Assembly: GCA_024704765.1 (NCBI GenBank)
Contig: JAKMXF010000329.1
Span: 1 to 64,000, forward strand
Origin: Oopsacas minuta
Lineage: Eukaryota; Animalia; Porifera
Reading direction: 5' to 3'
Length of the DNA: 64,000 bases
Position 1 is the first letter of the stretch, and every line of letters begins with the position of its first letter. Of this stretch, positions 1 to 14,500 are shown one piece after another. The position numbers and the translations under genes were made by a program. The notes beneath the pieces were generated by a model, which saw only the letters and a list, made by a program, of their open reading frames with translations, did not search any database and was not told where the DNA came from.

Positions 1-2354
1 CAGGTAATTTGTGCTTTCTTTTTCGTGGTAAACTGCTTATTTCGATGTCGTGATCATCTGCAACCGTTAGAGCTTCATTCCAAATTTCCTTCCACTGTTT
101 CTCTGATCTGTAAGTCTGAAGAGTTTCAATGGTTGCATCAATCAATGACATTGCAGCACTAAAATCAAGGTCAGGATCCTGAAGTGTCTTTGACAAACCG
201 TTCGTCATACTGAAAAGATGGTTGAACATCACTAAGCATAATACGAATTTAAATTCAAATATCTGAAGAAAAAGTCCTTTTGCCTCTATTGCTCGATCTC
301 GCTGCACACCATCAGAAATGGATCCAAGAGTAGTTAATAGGGCTCCAAAAGTCTCTTTAAAAGTCTTAATCGCCTCAAAACAATATGCCCAACGTGTTTC
401 AATTAGGCGTCTGAGCCGGCGTGGCTGTTTCTCTGGCCTTTGTTCCGCTTGAACTTTCTCGAACAGGGCATTAAAGTTCCCAGAGGATAGGAATAAATAC
501 ACTGCTTCCAATAACGAGAAGAAGTCCTGTGCTATAGGTACACCCTTTATGGAGTCGACAAGAACAGGGTTCAAGCGATGTGCACAACAATGAATATATA
601 GGGCCATTGGAGCAGATACTCTAAATCGCGCCTGGACACCCGAATACCTGCCACTCATAACAGATGCTCCGTCGTAGCACTGACATACACAGTTTTCTGG
701 AAATAGATTGCAGCTCTGAATCACATTACAAATATACTTATAGAGTGATTCTGCATCCATTTGTTCTGCAAAAGTATACCCAAGAAAACGCTCATAAACG
801 CTGCGATTGTTAACATAGCGTGAGACAATTGAAAGTTGCTCCTTCCGACTAATATCTTTGGTTTCATCTGCGAGCAACGAGTAAATAACGGCCTTTTGAA
901 CCTCATTGGATATAGTCTGCAAAACCATATCGCCCATTACACCCAGAAGCTCGTTTTGAATTTCAGGTCAAGTAAACTTTGCATTTTGTGGACCTCCTTT
1001 GATACGTTTCCCTATCTAATCATGATTACCAATAAAAGTCAGTAATGATTGAAAATTTCCAGGATTCAAAGACTCTCCGGTCTCATCATGTCCCCTCAGT
1101 GCTATTTCTTGCCTTGCGCATAGAAGGATGATCTCCGCAATGGTTTTGACATAGTGACGATTTTCCTTTATCACATTCTTTTCGATTTTGTCTAGACTAT
1201 GAGATATTGTTGTCCATGCTGAATGTTGAACTTGTATTCTTCCCAAGTATGGAAAGCCTCTACATGTGCCATACTCTTTCTGTGCTCAATCAATCTTCCT
1301 TTTTGACCAGTAGCATGTTTCCAGTCCCTAAAACCAACTCGTGTGAAAGGTGCATCTGGCCGATTCAAGCGACTAGAAAACCATCGACATGGAAAGCAAT
1401 AGGCTGCATCTTGGTTAACAGAATATTCACGCCAAGAGTAGGTCTTATACCAATCTGGATTAATTGAGCGGAGTTTTTCTCCAAACTTAGTTGTACGGAA
1501 TTTAATACGAGGTTGCTTTGGTATATCAGATAAGTACAGCGCAATATCTATAGTGATACATATTTGAAATGTAAAGAGGCATATAATTAATATGTACATA
1601 GAGGTTTCTATGATATCTCACCTTGACATTCCTCAGTTGTATCTGTGGGGATAGTGCCGCTCTCAAACCTTCGCTCTGCACTGCTCGCTGTTGGTGAATC
1701 TTGTAACTTTGCTTGACTATTCATAAATTCGTCCTTACTGGATGAAGTTATTTCAGTTTGATCAACTCGTAGTTGTGACTCAGTCAACCCAATTTCTTCC
1801 TCTGATGTCCTTGAGCATTCTTTATTCTCGTACTCTTTGGGTAGAGGCTCCGTACACCATAAACTAGTCAAGGTAATCCTTTTGGCCATTTGGAAGATCT
1901 AGTTGTAATTACCAAAGGGAATGTAAACTAAGCGACCCTGAATATCCGAACATGCCCACTGACCCCAGTTCCTATCCCATTAAATAGTTGTCAATCTTTT
2001 AGCGAGCTTCGATTATCGAAACTTTTGGACTTGTTCCAACGAGTCCGATAATCGAGGTTCACTTATTTGAAATTAATAAAAAAGCACTCGAAAATATCAG
2101 TCAATTGAGATTTTACAAAGCAATGGTTGAACAATAATAGAGCAGTAATGTAGCTGTATCCATTAGAAAAGAATATATTTGGACTCCCTCTTTGGGATGG
2201 ATAAGCCCTTGCAGCAGCCCCTAAGATTGAAATAGTGAGGTCGTGGGCCCCACAATAGGTGCGACAACTGGGGACTCAGCTGCGACAACCGGAGCCTCAG
2301 CTGCGCTAACCGGGGCCTGGCCACGGCTGGCCCCCTCCCTTGGCTACGCCACTG
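1..2354 (-). mobile_element. hAT element (Tip100 / ZMYM1-PRKRIR-like transposase), decayed, 3' part beyond window start
   Basis: Terminal inverted repeat (TIR) reads CAGTGGCGTAGCCA on the minus strand, ending at 2354. ORFs 1192-1599 (TTF-type Zn finger: WYKTYSW..YS...DAAYCFPCRWF..GF.DWKHA) and 1016-1246 (LLCARQEIALRGHDE..NPGNF, DUF4371-like) are frameshifted. DGAS-like and HCCA(H)RLNPVL core motifs lie at about 560-680. Confidence 0.85.
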
Positions 2355-2472
2355 CTTCTTGCTCATTTTTGACGATATATAAGCCTTAATTGTATAAGCA
2401 GCAAAATGACAAGATTGAAACATCAAGAACTTGAAAAGTATGTATGATAACTTCGATTCCAAAGACTCATAC

Positions 2473-5075
2473 TAAGGCGTTCAATAAGTCTTGTGGGTGA
2501 TATCATAGAATAAGATACAAACATTATAGACACTAATTCACTATATTATTTATTGAAAGTAATCCCACTGCAGATACACAAAGTTTTAACCTTTCCACCC
2601 ACTTGTAAAACATTTCTGTCTTCTTCGGGGATGGATTTGAAGTACTGGTACGGCCCCGTTCTGAGTGCTTGTAATGTGTAAAATCTTTGGCTTGAAGGTA
2701 GATTTTAAGCATGGAGAATAACAAAGAATAACATGGAGCTTGGTCTGATGAGTATGGTGGATGGGGAAGTAATTCTATCCTTCTACATCCAAAAGATTTT
2801 GGTAAGCCTAGCTGTATGGGAACTGGCGTTATCAATTAAAATCTTCATTCCTCGAGTTCCGGTTTTCGGGCGGTACTTTTCTATATTTTTTATCAAATTT
2901 GGAAGCACCTCTGTAATGAAAGTAGCAGTAACAGCCTTGCCACTCTCACAAGGTAATTGCAAGACAATTCCATGACTACTGAAGAAGATGGTACATAATC
3001 TTAGGTTTTCGGGGTCAGGCCTAGGAATTTTCGCCGGTTGTTCGTCGCCCCTCGCCCATGATTGCTTCTTATACAGGGTGTCTAATAAGTTCTGTTATAC
3101 ATTTTGGCGCCTTAGACAGTAGCTATTAATATACTTATGAAGTAATCTTCTAGAATTTCTTGTAGCATTTTTGGCGCTCCTTCGAATTATACCAAGTATA
3201 TATCATTCAAGTTGATGATTTCCCAGAAAATCATGTTAGAAGAAATTCGTTCAAAAATTGTCACTTTTCACGAATCTGGATTTAGCAATAGTGAAATTCT
3301 AAAAAGGCTAAAAAATGATAAAGTGAATCCCATGTTGATCTATCGCACAATAAAACGATATATTGAGACTGGGAGCGTGTCTGACAGGAAGCGAATTGGT
3401 CGTCCAAGATCCGCTCGCACACCAGCCCTGAAGAATAGTGTTAGATGTCGAATCCTGAGAAATCCCCGGCGTTCAATGCGAAAAATGTCTCGTGAATTCT
3501 GTGTTCAATCACGAAACGATACGGAAATTGGTTGTAGAGGACCTAGGAATGAAGTCCTATAAGAGGAAAAACGTACACCATCTTAACGACTCCATATATC
3601 GTAAGCGACTCAAAAGATGCATACAACTAAAAGCCCGATTCGGTTCTGGGACTGAAGATCAGATTCTCTTCTCAGATGAGAAGCTGTTCACTGTTGAGGA
3701 GGCAAGCAATCGTCAAAACGACCGTATACTTGCTTCTCGAAGTCAGGATATCCCAGTTAGCATCAAGTACATTGATAGAGTCCAGAAGCCTCTTTCTCTG
3801 ATGGTATGGGCGGGAGTGTCGGCAGACTCACGGACAAACCTGATTTTTGTCCCCCAAGGAATGAAAATAAACTCCAGACCTACAGAGAGCTGGTCTTGGA
3901 GCCTGAAATTGCGTCTGCTGGTGAGAAGCTCTTTCAAAACCATCCTTGGATTTACCAACAAGCCTTGCGCCTGCACATGCTTCAAAAGTATCCCAGGGTT
4001 GGTTCAGAGAGCAAAATATCGATTTCATAAGTAAGGATGAATGGTCACCATCAAGCCCAGGTTTAAACCCACTCGACTATTCTGTTTGGGCAAACTTGGA
4101 GAGCAGGGCCTGTGCGAAATCTCACAAGAGTTTGGAGTCCCTCAAAGTTAATGTGTTGAGTGGATGGCAGAAAATCCCACGGGAGGAACTGCGAAAAGCT
4201 GTCCATCAGTTTCGGAGCAGACTAACTTCCGTAATTCATAAAAAGGGAGGCTATATTGAATGATATTTGTAATTTGTAATTAGGAACATAAGTCCTAAGA
4301 AAATAGAAGGTTTCATGGGTTTATAATGGATAAATTTGAAATTATTGGGGAATTGACATATAACAGAACTTACTAGACACCCTGTACTTGCTGTATGGTG
4401 TTGAATAGTAGACCCACGTCTCGTCACCAGTAATAATCTCTGATAGGCGTTTAGAATAGCAGTTCTCATAAGTTTCCAAGAGTTTCTTGGCAATATTCAG
4501 TCGTGCCAACCTTTGATTCTTACTGAGCTTATGTGGGACACATTTCCCACAAATCGATCGGTAGCCAAGATCAGTCGTCAGAATTGTATGAATAGCTCCT
4601 GATGAAATCTCCATACTTTGTTCTAAATGATTGACAGTAATGCACTTGTCTTCCATGACCATACTACAATGGGTGCGATATTCTCTGAAGTGGTGGCGGA
4701 TACCGGTCTTCCAGATCGAGGCCAATCTGTGACATCAGCATCAGCACGCTTTACAGTAGATCTGGAAGGGCAATACACGCACAATATCTTCTGTAACTCG
4801 CTGAAGATCTCTATGGGCTGGATCTTGAGTATTGTGCAAAACTCTATGTGAGTTCACCATTTGAGGTTGAAATTATCATCCTTTGAAGTCATAAATTCAA
4901 CAGTGGGCATAAATTGACTACACGTAACTATCTCAAAATTCATAATTTGTATTGATAAGCTTGAAACTTTCAGCATATGGAGTTTAACTATATGGGCTTA
5001 TAATATATGAAAGTTAGATATATTACTTGACTAATTCCTAAGATATCATGACCGCAAGACTTATTGAACGCCTGA
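2473..5075 (-). mobile_element. mariner (DD34D-type) element, decayed, split by a nested Tc1/maT insertion
   Basis: TIRs are TAAGGCGTTCAATAAGTCTTG (2473) and CAAGACTTATTGAACGCCTGA (ends 5075). ORF 4342-4725 has CVPHKL and IITGDETWVYY; ORF 2533-2835 has HPPYSSDQAP. Confidence 0.9.
3074..4384 (+). mobile_element. Tc1/mariner element of maT/DD37D type, frameshifted
   Basis: TA-flanked TIRs CAGGGTGTCTAATAAGTTCTGTTAT...ATAACAGAACTTACTAGACACCCTG. Three overlapping ORFs (3212-3562, 3492-4034, 3946-4263) carry GRPRSART, FSDEKLFTVE and SPGLNPLDYSVW. Confidence 0.92.
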
Positions 5076-5689
5076 TATTATTTGTAAGACCAATTCCTTA
5101 ACTGGATAAAAGAAGCATGGAAAATATCAAAAATGGGAATTAATATTTATCCTGAAATTAGAATAATTAAACAATGGTTGAATATTTCCATGAGGAAATA
5201 CTATAACTCATAAACCCACCAGAATGACAAAATGTCATAAATATATGTGAGATGAACGCTGTTGGTGAATGCAAATGTAGCAGCCAAATGGGTAGAGTCA
5301 AACGGCATAGAAAGAAATACAGCGAGTCCAGTTCTATTTAAAACACGATTAAAATAATACACCATTTAAGACCTAATGGATAAGTGAGAGAAATTAAAAT
5401 CCACATATACGAATCAATCTACCATTTCAAGAGTGTAAAGCTCTAAGCATCGACTTAAGAGTGATCTGCTCAATTTCATAGCAACCATTGTATAAGAATA
5501 CAGACCAAATTATAATTTTAGATTTTCCTTGGGTCGTTAAGGAGACTCTATCTCAAAAGTTGATAGTATCCCGAAGCTAATTAAAAGATCACTCATAAGA
5601 ATGAACAGAGTGCAAAATCGATACAGCTAATACCGACTCACCTAGCAAGTAAGCCATGTGGTTATCATAATACAATGGACATATTTATT

Positions 5690-7150
5690 AGACTAGGAAT
5701 ACTGAGTTACCTGTGCAAACAGTTCCGAAAGATCAAAATTTGTGCGGATTACGGTGCATTCGTACATCCAAACTGATAGTAAACATGATAAATCAAGGGT
5801 TGCTAAATTCATAACAATGCAAAATCAAACAAACTAGATTGCATACTATTTTCTTCGAAACAAAATGGCCAGATGATAAAATTGTATAAAATGACCACTA
5901 TGCATATGTCAAAGTAGTTCGACAAATTGAGGGCAAATGAGAAAGTTGATTATGCCATCAATTTCACCACATAGCTGATAATCATTGACCAAATAATGCA
6001 CATGAGAGAGGACAAATATGGACAGAAACAGGAATTATGTCGAAAAATGGCATTTTGCAAGCTAAGTCACTATAGCAGGAGCAAGGAAAATTGACAAAGA
6101 TAAGATAAGTGTGAACTGAATAGAATAAGCAATGTTACCTCCAGGAACTGTGTATTCAATGACCTAGAAGAATACCACATGTAAATTATAGTATTATGTA
6201 GAAGATCAAGTACAAAAGAAATAAGGCACAGCTAAAAGTGAAAAAATAATTTCCAAAAACTGAGATAAAATACCCCTAATGCTGTTACCTATGTATTGTG
6301 CAATAAATTTATGTCTTACCATTGATGTATGAAATGATATAATCATATTAATTATAATGACGATAGGACTTAATCGGTGATATTATCAGATGCGTATCAC
6401 GACACAATCGCTGATTGTCATTTTATTGTATAATACAGAGCCTGTAAGGGTTATATTAAGCGTAGTGGTGAGTAAATAAACAGTAGTGGTTCACAGAAGG
6501 ATGAAAGTTTTGTCAGTAGCTAAAGATACATAGTGTAACAAAGACACAATTCCTTTACAAAAGCAATATGGACTCAATCAAGTAGGTTACAACTTCAAAT
6601 TACATTGAATAAATCATACCCCGTACATCCGACCAAGGAATAGAATAGAACGCCACAGTAAACATGGAGCCCCGGCTCGAAGAATTACAGATAATGGAGC
6701 TGATTTCAAGAATAATATTTGCCTCACATTACATGAAACATATAATATCAAGCTAATCTTTTCTACTCTTTCCATCCCCAGGCAAATGGGCTAGTTGAGT
6801 CGTCTGATAGAGAGCTTCAAACAGGCTCTAGTTAAGTCTTTAGAAGAAAAGAATGAAAATTAAATACGTTTTCCTAGACGGCATTCCATTCTCTATCAGT
6901 ATTAGACCAAGAGCAACAAAAATTATCAGCTTTTGAGTTGACGTATGGATCTCGAAAAGTTCGACTCCCTACCAAAGTACAAAACCAGAACTATAAGCAT
7001 CCAGAGAGTACCCTAGATCGGCGGGATGTAGAGCTCCAGTTTGAAGCATTAAAAGATGTCATGGAAGGAGCCCAGGAGTAGAATAGTCAGAAAGTCGCAG
7101 AACAGCTGCTGCACTCACAAAACGGATAAACTATCAGATTGACAAGAAAT
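5690..7150 (+). mobile_element. Highly degenerate Ty3/Gypsy LTR-retrotransposon pol remnant
   Basis: Manual translation at about 6660-6990 gives HGAPARRITDNGADF...FST/FHPQANGLVE...ATKLSAFELTYGSRKVRLP, an integrase core with frameshifts. A weak KICADYGAF RT-like motif lies near 5737. Boundaries are approximate and no LTRs were seen. Confidence 0.6.
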
Positions 7151-8810
7151 GTAGCTCAGTCTCAACTAGGAAACTTGAGATCGGATAAAATGTATTGATT
7201 GAGAATGTTTATTGGGGGGAAAGTTAAAGGACAATCGGATTGGTCCACACAACTAGGGCTAAAGTGAATCGTAGTAATGTTCAGATTCTCCGAATTAAAG
7301 ATACTAGAAAGGTGAAGAGACCAAAAGTCAAACTTTACAAGATACCCAAAAAAACACACATGCACCACGAACAAATATCAGCGTATAGATAGCCAAAGTG
7401 ATGAGGATGTTATCTAACATGAATACTAGATGAAGATATCATGAATCCATAGTTTCCTTTAGCTGGGGATGAAGAGTCAACATTTGAAACCAATGTGCCA
7501 AGAAAATTAAGGGAAGAAATATTCGAATTTCTCAAATAAATTAAAGAATGCAAATAGAATCCATGAAGACGATAGCCCAGTTAATGAATACCATCGAGAA
7601 CTTGATAAAAAGACGGGATTTTCCTTTAAGAATCTCCTAGAATGGAGCCGAGAAAATTTTTCGCCTACTAAGAATCCTGAAACGAGATTGATAACTTTGA
7701 CGCAAGTCAAGAAGAGGTTACTGAAATACTCGTTGAATAGCATTCAGAAAGTATTGAAATCAAAATACCCTTGCTTCAATAAACAAAAGAAGACTTTAAG
7801 GTTTCCACAAAGTGGCAAAATAGTATGGATTATACTACAAAGGTACTATATCCGGTTTTCTGAGATAATTATAAACAGCCTCAAATCTGATGAGCACTTA
7901 TACATACTTAAACTCTCGTTACAAGAACATTCACCATCGACAACTCCATAGAAGATTTCTGCGGTACTTGGGATGGCTAATTTCATGGAATTAAACTAGT
8001 TAATACATGCTCTATGGATAAAGTAGTTACATTACTCAGTTTGCATAGAAATACGCTACCCACAATTTCAACCTCATACAAACCTCAACAATTCGATTCT
8101 CGAAAATACTCTATCACTAATACACACACATCAAATTGATCAAGATAGATACGAGATTTCTCAAAGCTCGTGATACACCTGAACTAGTGGTTTAACCTCT
8201 TCTGCTACGAGGGACATGTAATTCAGCCATTGTGCAAGAATCAATATCTATGTTCAAACAAGTGCATTATAAAATTTTCAGTGCAGATTTACAATCAAAT
8301 TACTTCCAGTCATTCTTGCTTAAAATGTCGAGATTGAGATACCATAATTGAACTGCTGTGAAAACAATTCATGGGAAAATTAGGCATGTTCATTCTCTAG
8401 GATGGTCATCCACTTCAAAGTGTTCCGTATGCGATATCAATGACACAATTTCGGGACCACACAAAGATTATTTGTTGCATTACTTACTGATTTGCATCAC
8501 TATCTATACGGGAATATAATTATCTAGTGAGATATATTGATATTTGGTGCTCTTGTGATGGGATGGAAAACCGATAAAAAGTTAAAGAATTGAATTCATA
8601 GGCTGCTTAAATAACAGTATTTGAGTTCTCACAAAAATTTGAAAGAAAATTCTTTAATATATAATATTCTATAATATTCAATAAAATGAAACATCACCGA
8701 TTGTGTCGAATCACGATAAAATGAATATCAATACATGATTGTGCAACCACACTGAAATAATCAAATTTATTGCACAAAACATAACTAAAAGCATTAGTGA
8801 ATCATTTTCG
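6274..8810. repeat. Pair of diverged inverted repeats (about 6274-6425 and 8690-8810)
   Basis: CTAATGCT.TTA..TATGT.TTGTGCAATAAATTT and CGACACAATCG.TGAT...CATTTT occur forward at about 6274-6425 and as reverse complement at about 8690-8810. Confidence 0.4.
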
Positions 8811-9049
8811 TAAGGAGGTCCAGTTTCTGCAAATTTTACGAAAATGGTCAACCGCATCATTTCTGTAGGGGATAATCTTCGTCCAAAACAATGTGACTAA
8901 ATTTGCAAACTTCGATAATGTATATAGTCCAAACTGTAATTCCCTATATCAAAATTAGTCATGTATAAGACTCGAACCTGTCAAAGGGACGTCAAAATAT
9001 CCCAATATACCAAAATCAGAGAGCTGGATAATCCAGTTTCATCAATTAC

Positions 9050-10350
9050 TCGGGACAAACAAACATGCTAAGGTCTCAGACAACACCATTGCAAAGATAA
9101 TATATAAATACTAAGTATAGAAAAGTGTTGAAATATGAATCGTAATAAATTAGAGACTTTGTCCAACAAGACAAAGATCGTTCTGAACGATGAACACATT
9201 TGTTAGTGAAATTGCAAAGCTGAATTTTCCAAAAATCTTTGAAAAGCGACGATTTGATGGGGTTAGCTGATTCAGAGCAGTATTAAGGGGCGGGTGAGCT
9301 GTTGGTGCTGTAACACCAAGGAAAGAGTCTGAGTAGTCGTGGCGTATTCTCAGAAAGTTCCTTCTTGTAGAATGGTAAATATCGAAACAGAAAGTGCTCA
9401 AAAACTGGATAGAATGTCTAATTAAACTTTCGAAATTGATTTATGGTGGTTAATGAATGAAGAAATATTTACCACTAGTTCTGGATCTGGTCAAGATTTC
9501 TGGATATTCTATTTTATATACACTTAATCGGGACAGCTGAAGAGTCAATGTTTTGTCCCGGTTAACCGATTATGACTACCTAAGTATTCAGGTTGCAAAT
9601 ACTAAATTACTCAATAATCTTAAGGGAGATATGATATCAAAATGTATTCTTCAAGTGTGGGGGAAATTATGTATAGTAAGAATTGATATCCTGATTTTAC
9701 AACAATTCACACAATTTTGAGTTTTAAGTAGATATTGATACTTAGAAAAGTGCCAAAATTGTAATGACAATTTGGATATTATTAAATTGAAATGGTATTA
9801 GATGATTTCGTATCTCAACGTATTAATCAAAAATGTATATTCAAGATTTACATGGTTTCCAAGACCAATTTTCCAATTTATTGCTTACTAAGCAAATAAA
9901 TTGGAACATGTCGACAAAATTATTGTGGATTGATGACGTGGATTTGAAGCAAGTATATAATAGATCAGTGGCGGACACCTTGCTAATGATTGGAGGCGCT
10001 CTGACCAAATTATCCTGGTTTAATTGGAATATTTATCGTGGAATTTGATTTTCAACAGGTTATTACCCCCTGGTTTCACGATAAGAAAACTGCTTTGAGT
10101 GAACCTCGATTCCTGAGGAGTGAACTACAAAGAGCGCGTATTAATATTATGTAATCGGGCCACTGCCTTGACCCAGAACTCTACAAAGATTTAAACCTGT
10201 TAATCGCCATTTCTAAAACTTTACGAATAAGTACTGCTACTGTATAACGGAGTTTCAGAACAATGGATAGAATTTCGTCTTGGGCCCGAAATTGCCTTCA
10301 CTATGCCAGAGCAAGTGATCTAATGTTACCACAAGAGTTGTTGAATAAAT
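9050..10350 (+). pseudogene. Degenerate hAT transposase remnant
   Basis: At about 10180-10340 the translation LYKDLNLLIAISKTLRISTATV*RSFRTMDRISSWARN matches the hAT C-terminal dimerisation motif (STA..ERSFS.M.RI). The upstream part is heavily stop-riddled. Confidence 0.6.
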
Positions 10351-10439
10351 AATGAGACTTGTTTTCATAATTCATATAGTAAACCTATACCTCTCACAAT
10401 TGATTATGAGAAGATGTGATAAATTCCCCCTTTAACTTT

Positions 10440-11559
10440 ATACACCTCCATCGTCCTGGTAACTTTTCCAGCCCAGCGGTATGGAATTCTGTAGGGGTCC
10501 CTTTTCTCACTGTTATATTTCGTACTCCAGTAGTTTGAAATCCTCAAATCTCTTCCCTCGAAGAAGTCTCTTCATCTATCCAAACAGCCAGTAGTCACTG
10601 GGAACCAGGTCTGGACTATACGGGGGGATTAGGGAGGCATTCGAATCCTAAGTCGTCAATTCCAGCCATTGTCTTGGAGCTTACTTGGAGCCTTGCGTTG
10701 TCATGTTGCAGCAATAAGCCACGGTCAACTTGTCTCGCCTTTCACGCTTAATCACTTGACGCAATTCTTTCAATTCGTCAACGTAATAATCACTGTTTAT
10801 GGTTATTTCCTCAGGCAACCAGTCGAAGTGAATATTTCCTCCCCTATCACAAAATACTGTTGCCATTCTCTTCCCTGCTGATTTTGCGGCCTCTACCTTG
10901 ATGGGTACAGGTTTAGCACGTTTCTTCCACTGCTTCGATCGAGTTTTGCTCTCTGGTTCATAATAATGAAGCAAGTTTCATCTCCCGTTACTATACGATC
11001 CAAAAAGTCTTCCTCTGCCTTGTATCTTAGAAGTAATTCTTTGCTAACTCTGACCCTTTCGCGTTTTTTGTTCCTTTGAAAGAAGTTTTGGGACCCAACT
11101 CTCGCAGGGTTATTCGTCTGTCCTCGTCCAAAATTGTTTGGACCTCTCTCGATATTACTGTGGGTTTTGAAGAAGTCCGACGATCTGTATCAGTGTCATC
11201 GTGGAGTTCCTCATCGCCATTATCAAAACTTTCGGTCCATCTATATATGGTGGCGTTCGAAGGACATTCATCACCGAAAATATCCTACATTTCACGAAGA
11301 ATGTATGAGCCAGTCTTCCCCTTTTTCCACAGGTACCAAATTATTTGTCGTTTTCCTTCTTTGCTAAAATCCATTAGTTGAAAACAATAGCCTATACAAA
11401 TGAAAATTTATAATGAAGAATATGCTAGTAGAGTAAAGAGTATATTGTATCGAAGTTAGACAATCAAGTTAGGCTTGCAATCTGATATTAGGTTTAGAGC
11501 TGAATTAACTAGAATATGAATTCGATACATTAGTCTCATTACTTATTGAACAACCCTTG
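10440..11559 (-). mobile_element. mariner element, decayed and 3'-truncated
   Basis: One TIR (TA-CAAGGGTTGTTCAATAAGTAATG on the minus strand) ends at 11559. The N-terminal HTH is MDFSKEGKRQIIWYLWKKGKT; ORF 10681-10974 reads HYYEPESKTRSKQW; PPYSPDLVPSDYWLF lies at about 10580-10625. Confidence 0.85.
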
Positions 11560-14500
11560 TATCAATTAATTGGGCATGTAATGAGTTCTTTGTTATTATA
11601 TGCTGTTTTGGATCGATGGATACAGTACAAAAAGCGGATAATCTGTATTAATTCACATGGAATTTCTATGGGATCAATATATTTTATTTATTAGATAACT
11701 ATCACGAATTTCGTATAGGAATATATAACTTGATCGATTGATACCAAAAAATACGCATTATTTATAGCTCATACTAATATTTAATTTGTGGAATATAGCG
11801 CCTTCTCTAATGAATGCACTAATTCGCTGAATATATTGGGGCGCTTGAGCACCTCTCAGTGTCTGCAACTGTAATAGATTTCCATGCATGATAAAGCTTT
11901 GCTCGTTCAACTAATCCCTGGACTTGAAAATGGCCAATGCCATAGCATTAGTGTGTATAAAGCTATAAATACATACATAAAATAGTTAGAATTTCAACAA
12001 TGGATCTAAATGTAAAATATATATGCTAATCTTGAAGATTTGAGGAAGTATATGGGATGATTTTATTAGATTTGATGCTAAAACTGGACTGAAAAGATTA
12101 TATTTGATCGTGATTGGCGCCCCCTATTAGACACATTGGGTGTTTGCGATGGGAATGAAAACACGCTTGCCATAAAAGGTATTCCCAAACCATTTCGTGC
12201 CAGCGAATGCTCGGGCAGCAATTGTAGCGCTGGCACAGGATATGATGGGATTTAAAGCATATGATTTGGATTTAATGATTTCTTTGAATGTGAATGATTT
12301 GATTTGAGAAATCTTTGAATTTGAAATAGTAGATGTGATTTAATGAAAATATGCATCAAAAGAACAACTCTACAGGTACAGATATTTAGGGAATAAGTGA
12401 AGTGAGCCAAAAATGGCTCAGATTATGAATAAATTTACAACACCATCAAAAAAATTTGTTTGTTGAAATTTACGCTTCATTCAAAAAGTAACAAATAAGG
12501 AAATATTAAGTGAGGAAATTACAGCGAATGATGAAATGGCAAACGATGAGAATATGGTTTAATGAAGATAGTGGAGTGAAGTTTAATATTTCAAGACAAC
12601 AATACATAAACAGAGCTGAAAATTCAATCAACATCAAACATGGATAATAATGAACAAATCATAATTCATGAGAATTAACATTATGTTTCATAATAAAACT
12701 GCATATCTACTTAATGTGGTGGTTAGTAAAAGCCAAGATTGTCGAAAGTTCTTACATAGTCAGGTCAGGCCTTGAATATAATAAATACAGGTCAGGTCAG
12801 ATCAGATCTAAAGAATAATTAGGTCAATTCTAGAACATTTTCAAGTCTTTTTAGGTCAATTTCACGTCAACTACGACTGTGAAGTTAGCAGGATAAGCGA
12901 CTATGGTCAGTTAAATCACAAATTTGCCCTACTTGTACCAATGACTGTTATTTATCTCGTAAAGCCACATCTTATAACTCTTCTCTTGGTTCCCATTATA
13001 ATTTGTAAAAACAAACGAATAATGAAAGCGTCGCAAAATTCTGAAATTGCGAAAGATATTTTCAATTTTATCCATCACAAAGAAACATACATATTGACAA
13101 ATAATTTATCATACATCTAGCTCATCCCATATTGAATCATACTTCAGTATTTTTGATTTGTCTTTATTGTGTACCCTTACAGTTTTCTACTCTTCTTATT
13201 TGTATTGTCTCTATTCTCTTCATCATTGGTGGCATCGAGATTAATCCAGGGGCTATCAATCGAATTCAAGTTACATTTCACGAACAAGGTAAGTAACTAA
13301 ACTATACATATATATATATTTATATCCTAATCAGTAACAATGATGCCAGTTGTCATTAGTCTTGTAGTAAATATAATTATTAGTATTAATCGAGAGTACA
13401 TATGTCACCGTCCAAAAATGACATTTTGTCCTATGCTATGATCGGATCTATCAACATATTACAGGTCTACAATGTAAACAAGTAATCAACTGACCTAATC
13501 AGCTCAAGATAAATATCGTTCTGAAAGAAGTAAGCAATTGCTAAATACATGAAGCAAGGCTGTACTATCTAAGGACCTTGAGAAAAATCCATAGTTAAAT
13601 ACTATTTACATTCAACTGCTTCGTATAACTCGGATCGTATATTTCAGATTAACTAATTTAAAAAATTCTGATCTATTCCCAACTATTACGTATATTGGTA
13701 GATTATGAAAATTTTCAATAAATGTAATTAATTAAATCAATAACATACAATGAACAAGGCAGTTTTGATTGAAAGAAGTATTATTCTAACAATATTGATC
13801 ACTGTTATAACTAGACTGGGAAGAATCAATAAACGAGTTAGAACAAGTAGTAATTTTATCCAAATATAGACTTAGAATAGCTGAAGTTTCATGTTTTGAA
13901 TACTGCTTTAACCCAAAGTCACATTGCCCGGTCATAATTATACTATAATACATACCTATTATGAAGATTGTACTTAAGGTGTGATCTTTTTGGTAAATTT
14001 GGCCTATAAAATTTCGGCTTAGCACTAAGAAATTCAAACGCAAAATTTCGTAATAATTTCGATTCAGTAAATTTAATAAAAAAATACCAATGGAAAATTA
14101 ATACCTACGTATGTATATAATCACATTGAAAAACTAGTATGAAGTGTGCCCTATTTTCCTGAAAAAGCGTCGGGGTATTTTTATGAACTAAACAAACAAG
14201 CGCCGTGGCACATATTCATGAAAAGACGGTATCCAACAAGCAAATCGGCCAAGAGAACGGCCCCTAACCATTCATAGCGTTACAGGCTATGGTAGTTTCA
14301 CCAGCGGCCGGTTATGGTGGATAACTGGTCCTGGGACTAAAAGTTATCGGTCTAAGGGACCAATAAAGGCAAGCGAACGATCTAAAACGTTACTGGTCAC
14401 TTTCACAAATGTGTAACTCCTTAGAATAGAAATAATGGCTAATATGGTCAATGTCACGTGCATTCCGAGTTGAGCTATGTTTGCAATATATACCAAAAAT

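Noticed and set aside
2163-2462. ORF with repeated AQLRLRLSQL
   Set aside because: It reads across the hAT TIR and its GC-rich subterminal repeats; non-coding artefact.
7400-8500. Coding-looking fragments between the Gypsy and hAT remnants
   Set aside because: Stop-riddled in all frames and no motif could be assigned; probably a TE remnant but unsupported.
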